The notes under the pieces were generated by a model, which saw only the letters and a program-made list of their open reading frames with translations, had not been told where the DNA came from and searched no databases. From assembly GCA_963815455.1 (NCBI GenBank), contig CAWFGO010000005.1, forward strand, positions 192,001-256,000: DNA of 64,000 nt. Reading direction: 5' to 3'. Position 1 is the stretch's first letter, and each line of letters starts with the position of its first letter. The position numbers were made by a program, and so were the translations under genes. Shown piece by piece: positions 1-10,681 of the stretch. The DNA is from an uncultured Verrucomicrobiae bacterium. Lineage in GTDB: Bacteria; Verrucomicrobiota; Verrucomicrobiia; Chthoniobacterales; UBA10450.

Positions 1-1204
1 CGGAATTCCCATCATCACCACGGCGAGCATGAGGGCGGTGAGTAGAGCGTAGGAAAAAATTCGTCCGACACGATGCCCCCAGCTCTTTTTGACCGAACGC
101 GAGGACGGTGGCTTCCAGGCTTTGCAGCATGTAATAAAATGCGAACGCGCGTGAAGCCAGGCTGATGACTTCGAATGTGTTCGTAAGCCAGGTAACAACG
201 AGGCCGAGCCCGGCGATCACGGCATAAGCGCGCCGGCTGGCCACCCAATTTCGCGTCCCTTCCGCAATCAGGCCTCCGCCGCCCAGCGTGTCGGCGACCG
301 CGGCGCTGAACTGGCTCATGATCGCGGCAACGATTAGCATCCAGGGAAGGATCGGTGTTACGATGCGGCTCAGGTCGATAATGGCGGTGTCGTTCAGGCT
401 CTTTAGCGATCCCGACACAGGCGTGATCAGAAGAAGAAACGCGACGTAGATGAAAGCGGAGATCCATTGGGCGTAACGCATCGTCTCGACACGTTTTCGA
501 GCATTGTAGGCTTCGCCTAGGAAACGCGAGGTTTCGAAGCCTTGTACGATAATTAGCGACCCCATCACCATGCGGACGACGTGGAAATCGATTGGTTGAT
601 CGCTTGGATAACTGGCGACGCGGTGCCCGGAAAAAATCAGGCCATTAACGATTGCCAGACCGACCAGCAAACCGGCGATGATCGACAGTTTGATGTTAAC
701 CGCATATTCCTCGAGAAACTCGAGCATCTGCAGGCCGCGCCACCACCCGACCACTCCGATCCCGACGAGCAGGGCCGAAGCGATTACATGGTTCCAAACG
801 GCATTGGCGCCCAATCCACGAAGTAGAAATGCGGCCAGCAACTGGAGATAAAATGAGACAGAAATGACGTAGGCGAAAGCGAGCGCCAGGTGCGATGCTC
901 TTTCGCATTCGCTCAAAAAGCGTGGCGGGCTGGGCGCGGCTAGAAGCGGCTCGAGATGAACGATATTGAAGCGAATCGCGTTGCCGATCCAATAGGCGAC
1001 CGCCACGATCAACAGGACCACCGGCGCCGCCAGTCGTCCGACGCTGTGGGTAAGGAGGGGGCCAACGACAAGAAAACCGCTCCCGATAATCGAGGCCAGC
1101 GGAGTCACCGTTGCTCTCCACGTGTCGGAGCTTCGCATAGCCGGAGCGAACGCAAAGAGCAGTGTGGCAAACAGCGCACACAGAACAGCGGCGGCCGTCA
1201 GCAT
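1..1204 (-). CDS. APC-superfamily-like membrane permease; runs off the left edge, with a probable 1-nt frameshift at the homopolymer 76-80
   Basis: Absent from the ORF track. My translation from ATG 1204 reads MLTAAAVLCALFATLLFAF..WRATVTPLASIIGSGFLVV..QGFETSRFLG..SQFSAAVADT, with many hydrophobic helices and an APC-like IIGSG motif. Confidence 0.75.
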   Translation of the reverse strand, partial: MLTAAAVLCALFATLLFAFAPAMRSSDTWRATVTPLASIIGSGFLVVGPLLTHSVGRLAAPVVLLIVAVAYWIGNAIRFNIVHLEPLLAAPSPPRFLSECERASHLALAFAYVISVSFYLQLLAAFLLRGLGANAVWNHVIASALLVGIGVVGWWRGLQMLEFLEEYAVNIKLSIIAGLLVGLAIVNGLIFSGHRVASYPSDQPIDFHVVRMVMGSLIIVQGFETSRFLGEAYNARKRVETMRYAQWISAFIYVAFLLLITPVSGSLKSLNDTAIIDLSRIVTPILPWMLIVAAIMSQFSAAVADTLGGGGLIAEGTRNWVASRRAYAVIAGLGLVVTWLTNTFEVISLASRAFAFYYMLQSLEATVLAFGQKELGASCRTNFFLRSTHRPHARRGDDGNS

Positions 1205-1315
1205 TTGGATCCTACATGCCTGCGAGCGAAGAAGAGGTCAAGCGACGCCGATGTTCGCGAAGAAAAACGATTGCTGCGGAGCGATTTCGAGGCTTAATGC
1301 TCGGCTAACCCTGCG

Positions 1316-2545
1316 ATGAATATTCACGAGTATCAGGCCAAGGAACTTCTGGAGAAATTCGGCGTGGCCACGACGCGCGGGAAAGTCGCATCGACGCCGG
1401 ACGAAGCCGAACGGATCGCGCGCGAATTGAGTAATGCTAGTCCGGCTCGGACTGTCGATCTTGTGGTAAAGGCGCAGGTCCATGCGGGCGGGCGGGGGAA
1501 GGGAACATTCGCGAACGGGTTCAAGGGCGGTGTGCACATCGTAAAATCGGCGCAGGAAGCGCGCGAAGTCGCGAGCAAGATGCTGGGGCAAACATTGGTC
1601 ACGCATCAAACGGGTCCGCAGGGGCGCGTGGTGAACAAAGTTCTAGTCGCCGAAGCGGCGGAGATCGCGCGTGAGATTTACTTTGCAATTCTGCGGGACC
1701 GGCCGACCGCCTCGCCGTTGATCGTGGCAAGCACTGAAGGCGGGGTCGAAATCGAGACCGTCGCGGCGAAATCGCCCGAGAAGATTATCCGCGACCCTGT
1801 CGATTCTCTGGCCGGCCTGCAGCCGTTCCAGGCGCGAAAGTTGGCCAAACAACTCGGGTTCGAATCGTCGCAACTGAAGGCGGCATCGAAATTATTCGAT
1901 GGACTTTATCGGGCGTTCATCGGATGCGACTGTTCCCTGGTCGAGATTAATCCCCTGGTGGTAACAACAAAAGGCGACGTCCTGGCGCTCGATGCCAAAT
2001 TTGATTTCGATGATAACGCCCTCTATCGGCATCCCGACATCGCGGCCATGCGCGACGTTGCGGAGGAAGATCCGCGCGAAGTCGAAGCGTCGAAGCACGG
2101 TCTTAATTACATCGGACTCGATGGAAACATTGCCTGTCTGGTTAACGGAGCGGGACTGGCCATGGCGACAATGGACATCATCAAATTTTACGGAGGCAGT
2201 CCGGCTAATTTTCTGGACGTTGGCGGCAGCGCCACCGGCGACCAGGTCACCGAAGCATTCAAGATCCTGATCGCCGACAAAAACGTGAAGACGATTCTGA
2301 TCAACATCTTCGGCGGAATCATGAAGTGCGATGTGATCGCGCAGGGGGTCATCGATGCGGCCAAGGCGGTAAAATTGTCGGTACCGCTGGTAGTTAGGCT
2401 GGAAGGAACAAACGTTGACGCAGGCAAGAAACTGCTCGCGCAGTCCGGTCTCGCCATTGTTCCGGCCGATGATCTGGCCGATGCTGCGCAGAAAGCCGTC
2501 GCTGCGGCAGGGACCAAATCCCAAGCTTCTGGAACAGTGAAATGA
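1316..2545 (+). CDS. sucC: Succinyl-CoA synthetase beta subunit
   Basis: [50 protein letters not shown]. Confidence 0.98.
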   Translation: MNIHEYQAKELLEKFGVATTRGKVASTPDEAERIARELSNASPARTVDLVVKAQVHAGGRGKGTFANGFKGGVHIVKSAQEAREVASKMLGQTLVTHQTGPQGRVVNKVLVAEAAEIAREIYFAILRDRPTASPLIVASTEGGVEIETVAAKSPEKIIRDPVDSLAGLQPFQARKLAKQLGFESSQLKAASKLFDGLYRAFIGCDCSLVEINPLVVTTKGDVLALDAKFDFDDNALYRHPDIAAMRDVAEEDPREVEASKHGLNYIGLDGNIACLVNGAGLAMATMDIIKFYGGSPANFLDVGGSATGDQVTEAFKILIADKNVKTILINIFGGIMKCDVIAQGVIDAAKAVKLSVPLVVRLEGTNVDAGKKLLAQSGLAIVPADDLADAAQKAVAAAGTKSQASGTVK

Positions 2546-2919
2546 AAATTACAGAAATCGCATTTGTCGGTATCCCTGTAATAAACATGAAAGATGCGCG
2601 CGCATTTTACGAGGGTGTATTGGGTTTAGAGCCCGATCCGGAGATGTCGGGCGACATGTGGACGGAATACCCGATCGGCACCGGCACTCTGGCGGTCGGA
2701 TGCGTCGGCGATCAATGGAAGCCATCCAATGATGGGACGAGTGCGGCCTTTGAAGTGGAAAACCTCAAGGAGGCGATGGCTCGGCTGACCGAGCGCAAGA
2801 TTTCGTATCACGAAGTCGAATCACCAGTTTGCCGAATGCTCATCGTTGAAGATCCGGACGGAAACAAGCTGATCATTCACAAACGTAAAACGGAACAGGA
2901 AAGGGAAAACACTCAGTGA
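2542..2919 (+). CDS. VOC/glyoxalase family protein
   Basis: [30 protein letters not shown] overlap with sucC. Confidence 0.9.
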   Translation: MKITEIAFVGIPVINMKDARAFYEGVLGLEPDPEMSGDMWTEYPIGTGTLAVGCVGDQWKPSNDGTSAAFEVENLKEAMARLTERKISYHEVESPVCRMLIVEDPDGNKLIIHKRKTEQERENTQ

Positions 2920-3276
2920 TTACAAACGAAGTAGCCTTTATCGCAATCGCGGTGTCCGACAAGGAACGGGCGCGCAAGTTTTATCAGGAAACGCTCGAAC
3001 TAAAGCCGACCAGCACACAAATGGATGGTGCCTGGGTCGAGTACCGATCTTGGGCCGACCACGATCGGGGTGGGATGTCATCCCGCCTGGCAGCCGTCGC
3101 GTGACGGAACAACCGTTGCGTTCGAGGTCGAGGACATTGACGCGGCCATCAAGAAACTGAAAGAACGGGGCGTCAGTTTCGACATCGAAAAAATGGAGAC
3201 CCCGGTTTGCTGGATGGCGCAATTCCGCGATCCGGATGGGAACAAACTGGTTGTACACAAACGGAAAAAGAAATGA
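2916..3276 (+). CDS. VOC/glyoxalase family protein, paralog of the preceding gene; frameshift near 3045
   Basis: ORFs 2916..3104 and 3025..3276 join into ARKFYQETLEL..WVEY/DLGPTTIGVG..FRDPDGNKL. Confidence 0.85.
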
Positions 3277-3306
3277 GCCTGGAAGCGAGGAAACCAGGAA
3301 AAAAGG

Positions 3307-3419
3307 GTCATCCTGAGCGAAGTCGAAGGATCCCGCGGCGTTACCGTCAAGCTTTCAATACGGGATTCCTCGACTTCCCGCCTTCGCTGTGCTACGGCGC
3401 GGCGAGCGCTCGGAATGAC
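3307..3419. repeat. GTCAT..ATGAC REP-like inverted repeat with a ~30-nt element nested in its right arm
   Basis: gtcatcctgagcgaagtcgaaggatcccg ... cgggattcctcgacttc[ccgccttcgctgtgctacggcgcggcgag]cgctcggaatgac. Confidence 0.85.
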
Positions 3420-3446
3420 AGGATCGGTATTCTGTTTTCCTAAGAT

Positions 3447-4330
3447 ATGTCTGTATTGGTTGATAAAAATACGCGGCTTCTGGTGCAGGGAATCACCGGC
3501 AGCGTCGGTGGATTTCACGCGCGGCAATGCATGGAATATGGGACGAAGGTGGTCGCGGGCGTTACGCCCGGGAAAGGCGGGCAGATGTTCGATGGTAAGG
3601 TCCCGGTCTTCGACACCGTTTATGAAGCGAGGCGGGAAACGAACTGCAACGTTTCGGTGATTTTCGTGCCGGCGCCGGCTGCGGCGGATTCAATTCTGGA
3701 GGCGGTCGATGCCGGTGTCGATCTTGTCATTTGCATCACGGAAGGGATTCCGGTGCTGGACATGATGCGGGTGAAAGCGCAAATGCGCGGGAAAAGATCG
3801 CGACTGATCGGGCCGAATTGCCCGGGAATCATTACGCCCGGCGCATGCAAGATCGGGATCATGCCCGGTTACATTCACAAACCGGGGAACGTGGGCGTGA
3901 TCTCGCGCTCGGGCACGCTGACTTACGAAGCGGTGTGGCAATTGACTTCGCGCGGCTATGGCCAATCGACTTGCATCGGAATCGGGGGCGATCCGGTCAA
4001 TGGGATGTCGCACCTCGATGCGGTGAAACTTTTCAACGAAGATCAAAATACCGAAGCGATGGTCCTGATCGGCGAAATCGGCGGCTCAGCCGAAGAAGAA
4101 GCGGCTGAATGGATCAAGACAAACTGCAAGAAACCTATCGCAGCGTTTATCGCGGGCTTGACTGCACCGCCCGGGCGCAGAATGGGACACGCCGGGGCGA
4201 TTGTCTCGGGCGGGAAAGGAACCGCAGCTGGAAAGATCGAAGCGCTCGAGCGGCGGGAATTGCCATTGCTGAAACTCCGGCGAGAATGGCGGATACACTG
4301 ATCGAGAAAATGAAGGGTGGAAAAACATGA
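3447..4330 (+). CDS. sucD: Succinyl-CoA synthetase alpha subunit; frameshift near 4250
   Basis: [29 protein letters not shown]; the C-terminus [11 protein letters not shown].. lies in ORF 4109..4330. Confidence 0.96.
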
Positions 4331-5448
4331 CATCACGCGGGCTTGAAGGTGTTGTAGCCAATACGACGCGGTTGAGCGCCGTGGTCGGCGATAAGGGCCA
4401 GCTCGTTTACTGCGGGTACGACATCAATGAACTGGCGGGCAAAGTCAGTTACGAAGAAGTCGTTTATCTTCTTTGGAACAATAAGTTGCCGAATCGCGCC
4501 GAGCTCGACCGATGCGCAAATCAGTTGCGCTCGCTGCGCAAGTTGCCGGATGGCGTTGTTGATTTTATCAAAGGTGCGCCGAAAAATGCCGCGCCAATGG
4601 ATGTGATTCGCACGGCCGTTTCCATGCTTGGTCTTTACGATCCAAATATTCGCGAAGCGACTGTGGAAAAAGGTAAGGAACGGGCGCGCAGCATCACGGC
4701 GAAGATCGGCGTGATCGCGGCTTACTTTCACCGGGCCCGAAATAATAAACCGCTGCCTCCGGTACGCGATGATTTGGGCGAAGCTGCGCATTTTCTTTAT
4801 TTGATGAATGGCGAAGCGCCCCCGAAAGAAGCGGCCGACACGCTCGACGTGGCGTTTGTTCTTCACGCCGACCACGGCATGAACGCATCGACTTTTAGCG
4901 CGCGGGTGACCATTTCCACGCTGAGCGACATGTATTCGGCGATCACTTCGGCCATCGGCACGTTGAAGGGACCGCTGCACGGCGGCGCCAACGAAGGCGT
5001 GATTCAAATGTTGGAGGAAATCGGCGATGAAAAGAATGTGGACGCCTACATCGAGAAACAACTGGCGGAGAAAAAGAAAATCATGGGGATCGGTCATCGG
5101 GTTTACAAAACGCTCGATCCGCGGGCGCCGCATTTCCGGACGATGGCGATCAAGCTGAGCGAAAAGATTGGCGAACCGAAATGGATTCGGATGAGCGAGC
5201 GGATCGCCGAGTTGATGAAGGAGAAGAAGAACCTGAACGCGAACGTCGATTTTTATTCGGCCACGGTTTATCACTCGCTCGGCATTCCGACGGATTTGTT
5301 TACGCCGGTGTTTGCTATCGCCCGCTGCTCCGGGTGGTGCGCGCACGTTCTGGAACAGCTCGAAGATAATCGTCTTTACCGGCCATTGAGCGAGTACGTA
5401 GGGGAACCGGCAGGGAAGAAAGTCGTTCCGATCGACGAGCGGCCTTGA
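4327..5448 (+). CDS. gltA: Citrate synthase (short type; 2-methylcitrate synthase not excluded)
   Basis: DHGMNASTF, GPLHGGAN, GIGHRVY, NVDFYS. Confidence 0.9.
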   Translation: MTSRGLEGVVANTTRLSAVVGDKGQLVYCGYDINELAGKVSYEEVVYLLWNNKLPNRAELDRCANQLRSLRKLPDGVVDFIKGAPKNAAPMDVIRTAVSMLGLYDPNIREATVEKGKERARSITAKIGVIAAYFHRARNNKPLPPVRDDLGEAAHFLYLMNGEAPPKEAADTLDVAFVLHADHGMNASTFSARVTISTLSDMYSAITSAIGTLKGPLHGGANEGVIQMLEEIGDEKNVDAYIEKQLAEKKKIMGIGHRVYKTLDPRAPHFRTMAIKLSEKIGEPKWIRMSERIAELMKEKKNLNANVDFYSATVYHSLGIPTDLFTPVFAIARCSGWCAHVLEQLEDNRLYRPLSEYVGEPAGKKVVPIDERP

Positions 5449-5482
5449 GTCGCTCGCGCGACTCTGTCAAGACTGCTACCGG

Positions 5483-6481
5483 ATGAAGCGAATTCTACTT
5501 ATCGGCCTGGGCCGCTGGGGCACGAACCACCTGCGCGTTCTAAAATCGATGCCGATCGAGCTATTCGCGGCCGATCACGACGAGACGCGCCTGGATGCAT
5601 CGGGCATACCCGAAAGTCATCGCAGCAAGGACCCGCGTTCGTTGTTCTCCAAGGTGGACGCGGCCGTGGTCGTTACCCCGGCGCAAGCCCACTTCGAAGC
5701 CTGCCGAGAGTTGCTTGGAATGGGGAAGGATGTGTTTGTGGAAAAACCGATCAGCCTCATTGCAAATGAAGCGCTGGAATTGGCACAGTTGGCCGAGAAG
5801 AACGGATTGATCTTGCAGGTGGGATACATTTTTCGTTTCGATCCGGCATCGGTCTGGATGCGGGACGCGATTGGGCAAGGTCGATTCGGTAAACTCAAGA
5901 TGCTGCGAGCGAAGTTCAGCGGGTTCAAGCGTCCGCGGCAGGATACCGGTGTTACGTTTGCCGACAGCATTCACTTTATCGATCTGTTCAACTTTCTTCT
6001 CGGAACGCCGCCCCGGCGTGTTCATGCTGTGCTCCGGGATTTTTTTGGACGCGGTATGGATGACGAATCGCATATTGTGATGGAATACGATCGAGGCGAT
6101 GGCGTTCCGATACTCGCCACCGTCGAGGCAGGCTATCACGAGCCGGGAAAATTCCGGGAAGTCACCATTATCGGGACGGATTCGTCCGCGGTGTGCGATT
6201 ACAACGTGGCTCAGTATAAAATAAAGACGTTTGAGAACCGGCATGTGGTGGACAAGGGCGAGATAAGAGCGCAGGAAGGCGCGGTGCATCAGCTCGAGTT
6301 TCCTCCTGAGGAGCCGCTTCGGGCCGAGTTGGCGGCGTTCAAGGATTCCATCGAGAAACGGAGCGCGACGCCGGTTGATGGATGGTCGGGATTCGATGCG
6401 GTCCGCGTGGTTGAAGGCGCGCTTGAATCGGTGCGAACAGGAAATTGGATCGACATCCCAAAACAAGATCGCGGTGCCTGA
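5483..6481 (+). CDS. Gfo/Idh/MocA oxidoreductase, probably a nucleotide-sugar dehydrogenase
   Basis: IGLGRWG Rossmann motif, VEKP, DSIHFID. Confidence 0.9.
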   Translation: MKRILLIGLGRWGTNHLRVLKSMPIELFAADHDETRLDASGIPESHRSKDPRSLFSKVDAAVVVTPAQAHFEACRELLGMGKDVFVEKPISLIANEALELAQLAEKNGLILQVGYIFRFDPASVWMRDAIGQGRFGKLKMLRAKFSGFKRPRQDTGVTFADSIHFIDLFNFLLGTPPRRVHAVLRDFFGRGMDDESHIVMEYDRGDGVPILATVEAGYHEPGKFREVTIIGTDSSAVCDYNVAQYKIKTFENRHVVDKGEIRAQEGAVHQLEFPPEEPLRAELAAFKDSIEKRSATPVDGWSGFDAVRVVEGALESVRTGNWIDIPKQDRGA

Positions 6482-6482
6482 G

Positions 6483-7572
6483 ATGAAAAAGATCCCGCTC
6501 TCGCGAGTTTTTTTGACAGATGAAGTACGCGAGGCCGCGATGCGCGCGCTTGACTCGGGTTCGTACATCCTGGCAAAGGAGTGCGAAGCGTTTGAGTCTG
6601 AGCTGGCCAGTTACACCGGCACGAAGGAAGCGGTGCTCTGTTCGTCGTGGACGGCTGGCGGCTTTCTGCTTCATCACGCGATGGGATTGAAACCGGGTGA
6701 CGAGATTCTGGTGCCGTCGCATACCGCGTTTCCGTCGATCGAGCCGATGATCCATTTCGGCGCGAAACCGGTCTTCATCGACATCGACGGAACCTACTGC
6801 CTCGATGTCGATCTTCTCGAGGCGGCGATCACGCCGCGCACCGTTGGGGTTCTTCCGGTGCATCTCTACGGTCACCCGGCAAATCTTGATCGTGTGTTCG
6901 AAATCGCGCGGAAGCACAGCCTTCTGGGTGATCGAGGATTGCGCCCAGGCGCACGGTGCGAAATTCAAGGGCAAACGCGTCGGCTCGATGGGGATTGCAG
7001 GCGCGTTCTCATTTTTCCCATCGAAAAATCTGACCGTGATGGGCGATGGCGGCTGCATCACGACGAATGACAGCGCTCTGGCGGACAATCTGCGGATGCT
7101 GCGAAATCACGGTCGCAAATCGAAATACATTCATGAGGTCGTCGGCTACAATTATCGGTTTAACGAGATCCAGGCCGCGATCGGTCGCGTCGAGCTGCGT
7201 AACATCGACAAGTTGAACGAACATCGGCGTCGGGTTGCTGCTCGCTACAACGAGCGGCTCAGTGACGTCGTCAAAACGCCGCCGGAGAAAGAATGGGCAC
7301 AGGCTGTTTACCATATGTACGTTATCCGGACACCGCGCCGGGACGATTTGGCCAAGCATCTGCAAAGCAGGGGAATCGGCACCGGCATTCATTATCCGGT
7401 GGCCAACCACCAGCAGCCGGCCATCACCAAGCTTTATTCCGATTTGCCAAAACTCCCGCAGACCGAATCCGCGGTGAACGAAATTCTCTCGTTGCCGATC
7501 TACGGCGAGTTGCCGATTGAGGATGTCGATCATGTTTGCGATTCGATCCTGGAATTTTTCGGCAAGGAATGA
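6483..7572 (+). CDS. DegT/DnrJ/EryC1/StrS aminotransferase; frameshift near 6920
   Basis: PVHLYG, IEDCAQAHG, SFFPSKNL (PLP lysine), split across ORFs 6375..7070 and 6805..7572. Confidence 0.92.
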
Positions 7573-8303
7573 ACGCGCCGGAAGTCAGTCTGGTGATTCC
7601 GTGTCATAACGAGGAGAAAAATCTGGAGCCGCTGCTTTCGGCGATTCACGCGGCAATGGATCCGCGCGGTTCGGACTATGAAATGGTGATTACGGACGAT
7701 TGCAGCACGGACAATTCGTGGAGCGTTTTGAAACAACTTGCCGGGAACGATCCGCGTTTACGCGTCCAGCGTTTCAAATTCAATTGCGGCGAATCGGCGG
7801 CGAGCTGGGCGGGAATGCAGATTGCCCGCGGCCGATACATCGCGACGCTGGATGCCGATTTGCAAAACGATCCCAAAGATCTGCCGGCCATGCTCGTTGC
7901 GCTCAAGAGCGCCGATTGCGTCTGCGGCACGCGAGTGGCCACGCGCGGCACTGGCGACAACTGGCTTCGGATCGCATCCTCGCGCATCGCCAATTGGGTG
8001 CGCAATAAACTCTCGGGAGAAAATATCACCGATGCCGGGTGCACCTATCGCGTGTTTAAACGCGAATGCATCGAGCAAGTAAAATTCTTCAACGGCGCAC
8101 ATCGGTTTCTTCCCACTTTGATAAAGATGGACGGGTTCCAAGTTGTCGAAGTGCCGGTTTCGACAAATCCACGCTTCTCCGGCGCGAGTCATTACGGTGT
8201 CTGGAACCGTTTGTTTAAATCGTTCCGCGACCTGCTCGGGGTGCGCTGGATGAAATCCAGAAGAATCCAATACGAGATCGCCGAAACACCCAACTCCTTA
8301 TGA
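7569..8303 (+). CDS. GT2 glycosyltransferase, ArnC/DPM-synthase-like (polyprenyl-phosphate)
   Basis: VIPCHNEE, DDCSTD, LDADLQNDP, HRFLP. Confidence 0.9.
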   Translation: MNAPEVSLVIPCHNEEKNLEPLLSAIHAAMDPRGSDYEMVITDDCSTDNSWSVLKQLAGNDPRLRVQRFKFNCGESAASWAGMQIARGRYIATLDADLQNDPKDLPAMLVALKSADCVCGTRVATRGTGDNWLRIASSRIANWVRNKLSGENITDAGCTYRVFKRECIEQVKFFNGAHRFLPTLIKMDGFQVVEVPVSTNPRFSGASHYGVWNRLFKSFRDLLGVRWMKSRRIQYEIAETPNSL

Positions 8304-8677
8304 ACACACTCACAATTATCGCCATCACCTGGATCGGGAAAGAATACCGTTTTCTCGGACTCGATTGGAATTATCTCGTGATTCTCGGACTGATCGGGAA
8401 CGTCCTTTTCTCGATGCGTTTTCTCGTTCAGTGGTATGCCTCCGAGCGGCAGGGGGAAAGTGTGATTCCGGTATCGTTCTGGTACTGGAGCATTGCCGGT
8501 AGCATCATCATGTGCCTTTATTTTATTTTCCGGCGCGATCCGGTCGGCATCCTGGCGTATCTGCCGAACTCGATGATCTATATTCGCAACCTGATGCTGA
8601 TCCGGAAGCGGAAGTTTGCCTACACCGCCGCGGCGCCATCGCAACACCCGCGCGAGACCGACCAGCCGAGACAGTAA
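8300..8677 (+). CDS. Lipid-A-disaccharide synthase N-terminal (LAB_N)-like small membrane protein
   Basis: LFSMRFLVQWYASE..SVIPVSFWYWS..DPV..YIRNL. Confidence 0.85.
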   Translation: MNTLTIIAITWIGKEYRFLGLDWNYLVILGLIGNVLFSMRFLVQWYASERQGESVIPVSFWYWSIAGSIIMCLYFIFRRDPVGILAYLPNSMIYIRNLMLIRKRKFAYTAAAPSQHPRETDQPRQ

Positions 8678-8683
8678 TCGGGT

Positions 8684-10657
8684 TCAAGCGCCCGTTCTCA
8701 CAGGAGAGATCGCGGATGCATCGTCCTGTGGCAATGCGAATGGCGGGACCGGACAATCAAGCGCGTCGGCGATCGTCCGGAGCAGCTCGGCCTCGCTTTC
8801 CTGGATGATGCCATCGGCGGCGACGGTTTGCGCGCAGGCGTTGAGGACATTTTTTTTGATTTGCGGCACGGCTTGATTGAGACGTTGCAGAGCGGCGTCC
8901 AGATGCGAGAGATCGCATTGGTCGGGAGGCAACCACGGAATTTCGCAGCGAGCCGCGCGACTCAATGACTGAACGCCCTGAGTAAAAGCAGCGTACGCTT
9001 GGGTGGCATCATCATGACCGGCATAGGCCGTCGCCGACAAAAGTACACCGCAATCGGACGCCAACGGGCGCAGATCATAGAATTGGACGACCGCTCTCCG
9101 AGTCGGAAAGAAATACGCTTCGAGATGACGCGTCACGATTTTTTGCAACATGAATTCGAACAAATCGGTCTCGGTGTCGCTCTCGATCAAGGTTTTCACG
9201 GCCGCGCGGAACTGCTCGAATTGGAGGGGCGAAAAGCGACGCAGCGCCGGCAAGGCAAGATCGACAATGGGAATTTTGGCGTGAGCCGGAATGTTTTGAA
9301 CATCGGGCCAGATGCGCAGCGTTTCCTCACCGGTCGCATCCGATGTAACACGAGAAAGCTGATCGATCTGTTTCTGCCGCACTGATGGCTCGTTGCTGAG
9401 CAGAAACGCGTAGACCAACGCGCTGGCTCCGAGCGGGTCGCGGGTGGCAGCTTCGAGTGATGGAGACATCACCAGGTTGAACTCGGTCGCGTATCGAAGA
9501 TGGCGCGTCGCTGGTTGACCGACACTGGCAATGACGGCCTGTTCGGCGACGCTCGGCAGCACCAGGCTCCCCAATGTTTCAGGCATGACGGGAAAACCTG
9601 GAATCAAAGGCGGACGAGCCGGTTGCGGTTTCTCCGGAGCGGCCGGCATGTCGATGCTCGGTTCTTCCACCACGCTTGGGAATTTCCCATCGAAGCTTGG
9701 GTCCAATTCGCGAATGCGTTCGATCAATGGCGGATGCGTTGCCATTAAACCAAAAAATGAATCGCCCATGCCGTTGGCAAAAAAGAGATGGCTCGCTTCT
9801 TCGGCGTGCGGCGATTCCAGACGCGATCCATATTCGAGCCCGCCGATTTTCTTGAGAGCACTCGCCAGCCCTCCGGGGTTACGCGTGAACTGCACCGAGG
9901 AGGCGTCGGCCAGAGATTCGCGTTGCCGGCTGACTGCCGCCTGGATCAATCGTCCGAAGAACACGCCGGCCCAGCCTATTATTATGAGGGCCAGACCAAA
10001 TAACGGCAGGGGATTCTTGCGTCCCCGGGTCCGGATGAGCACGCGTCCGATTACAGTCAGACAGAGAATTCCGAAAATCAGGCCCATGAGACGGAGATTC
10101 AGCCGCATATCGCCATTGAGAACGTGACTGAACTCGTGACCGATGACGCCTTGCAGTTCGTCCCGCGAAAGCAGCTCCATGCAACCGCGCGTCACGCCGA
10201 TGGCGGCATCGCTTGAGGAGTGGCCGGCCGCGAACGCGTTGATCCCGGGCTCGCCGTCCAGCACGTAAACCTGCGGGACCGGCACGCCGGACGCGATCGC
10301 CATTTCTTCAACCACGTTGAGGAGCTTGCGTTCGTGCGCTTCTGTCGTGTTCGAGTTGATCAACCGTCCGTCCAGGAGCTCGGCCACGGCGCTGCCGCCG
10401 CTCGAGAGTTCCATGGTCTTGAATACGCTGCCGATTGAGATGATGGCGAGAGTGCCGAGCGTCGCCCACAACATCACGTCGGTCTGCGACCACGCGAGCG
10501 TTGTCTCTTCGACAGAGCTTTTGACCGCCATGCCGGTGAAGATCAGCGAGACCGCCGTATCCACCGCCACGATCAGTGACAGGACAGCGAGCGAAAAATA
10601 AAATACCAGCAGTTTGGTATTTCGTCGGGCTTTGTCCTGGCGCGCGAAGAAGTCCAC
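8684..10657 (-). CDS. M48 (HtpX-like) zinc metalloprotease with C-terminal extension
   Basis: NVVEEMAIA, INAFAAG, HEFSH, SRQRESLAD, THPP. Confidence 0.92.
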   Translation of the reverse strand: MDFFARQDKARRNTKLLVFYFSLAVLSLIVAVDTAVSLIFTGMAVKSSVEETTLAWSQTDVMLWATLGTLAIISIGSVFKTMELSSGGSAVAELLDGRLINSNTTEAHERKLLNVVEEMAIASGVPVPQVYVLDGEPGINAFAAGHSSSDAAIGVTRGCMELLSRDELQGVIGHEFSHVLNGDMRLNLRLMGLIFGILCLTVIGRVLIRTRGRKNPLPLFGLALIIIGWAGVFFGRLIQAAVSRQRESLADASSVQFTRNPGGLASALKKIGGLEYGSRLESPHAEEASHLFFANGMGDSFFGLMATHPPLIERIRELDPSFDGKFPSVVEEPSIDMPAAPEKPQPARPPLIPGFPVMPETLGSLVLPSVAEQAVIASVGQPATRHLRYATEFNLVMSPSLEAATRDPLGASALVYAFLLSNEPSVRQKQIDQLSRVTSDATGEETLRIWPDVQNIPAHAKIPIVDLALPALRRFSPLQFEQFRAAVKTLIESDTETDLFEFMLQKIVTRHLEAYFFPTRRAVVQFYDLRPLASDCGVLLSATAYAGHDDATQAYAAFTQGVQSLSRAARCEIPWLPPDQCDLSHLDAALQRLNQAVPQIKKNVLNACAQTVAADGIIQESEAELLRTIADALDCPVPPFALPQDDASAISPVRTGA

Positions 10658-10681
10658 CCGGTCGCGATTTGATGAGATGGA

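Noticed and set aside
4333..5346. Long antisense ORFs (also 5561..6568, 41035..42255, 56594..57652)
   Set aside because: They are shadows of well-supported genes in GC-rich DNA and have no motifs of their own.
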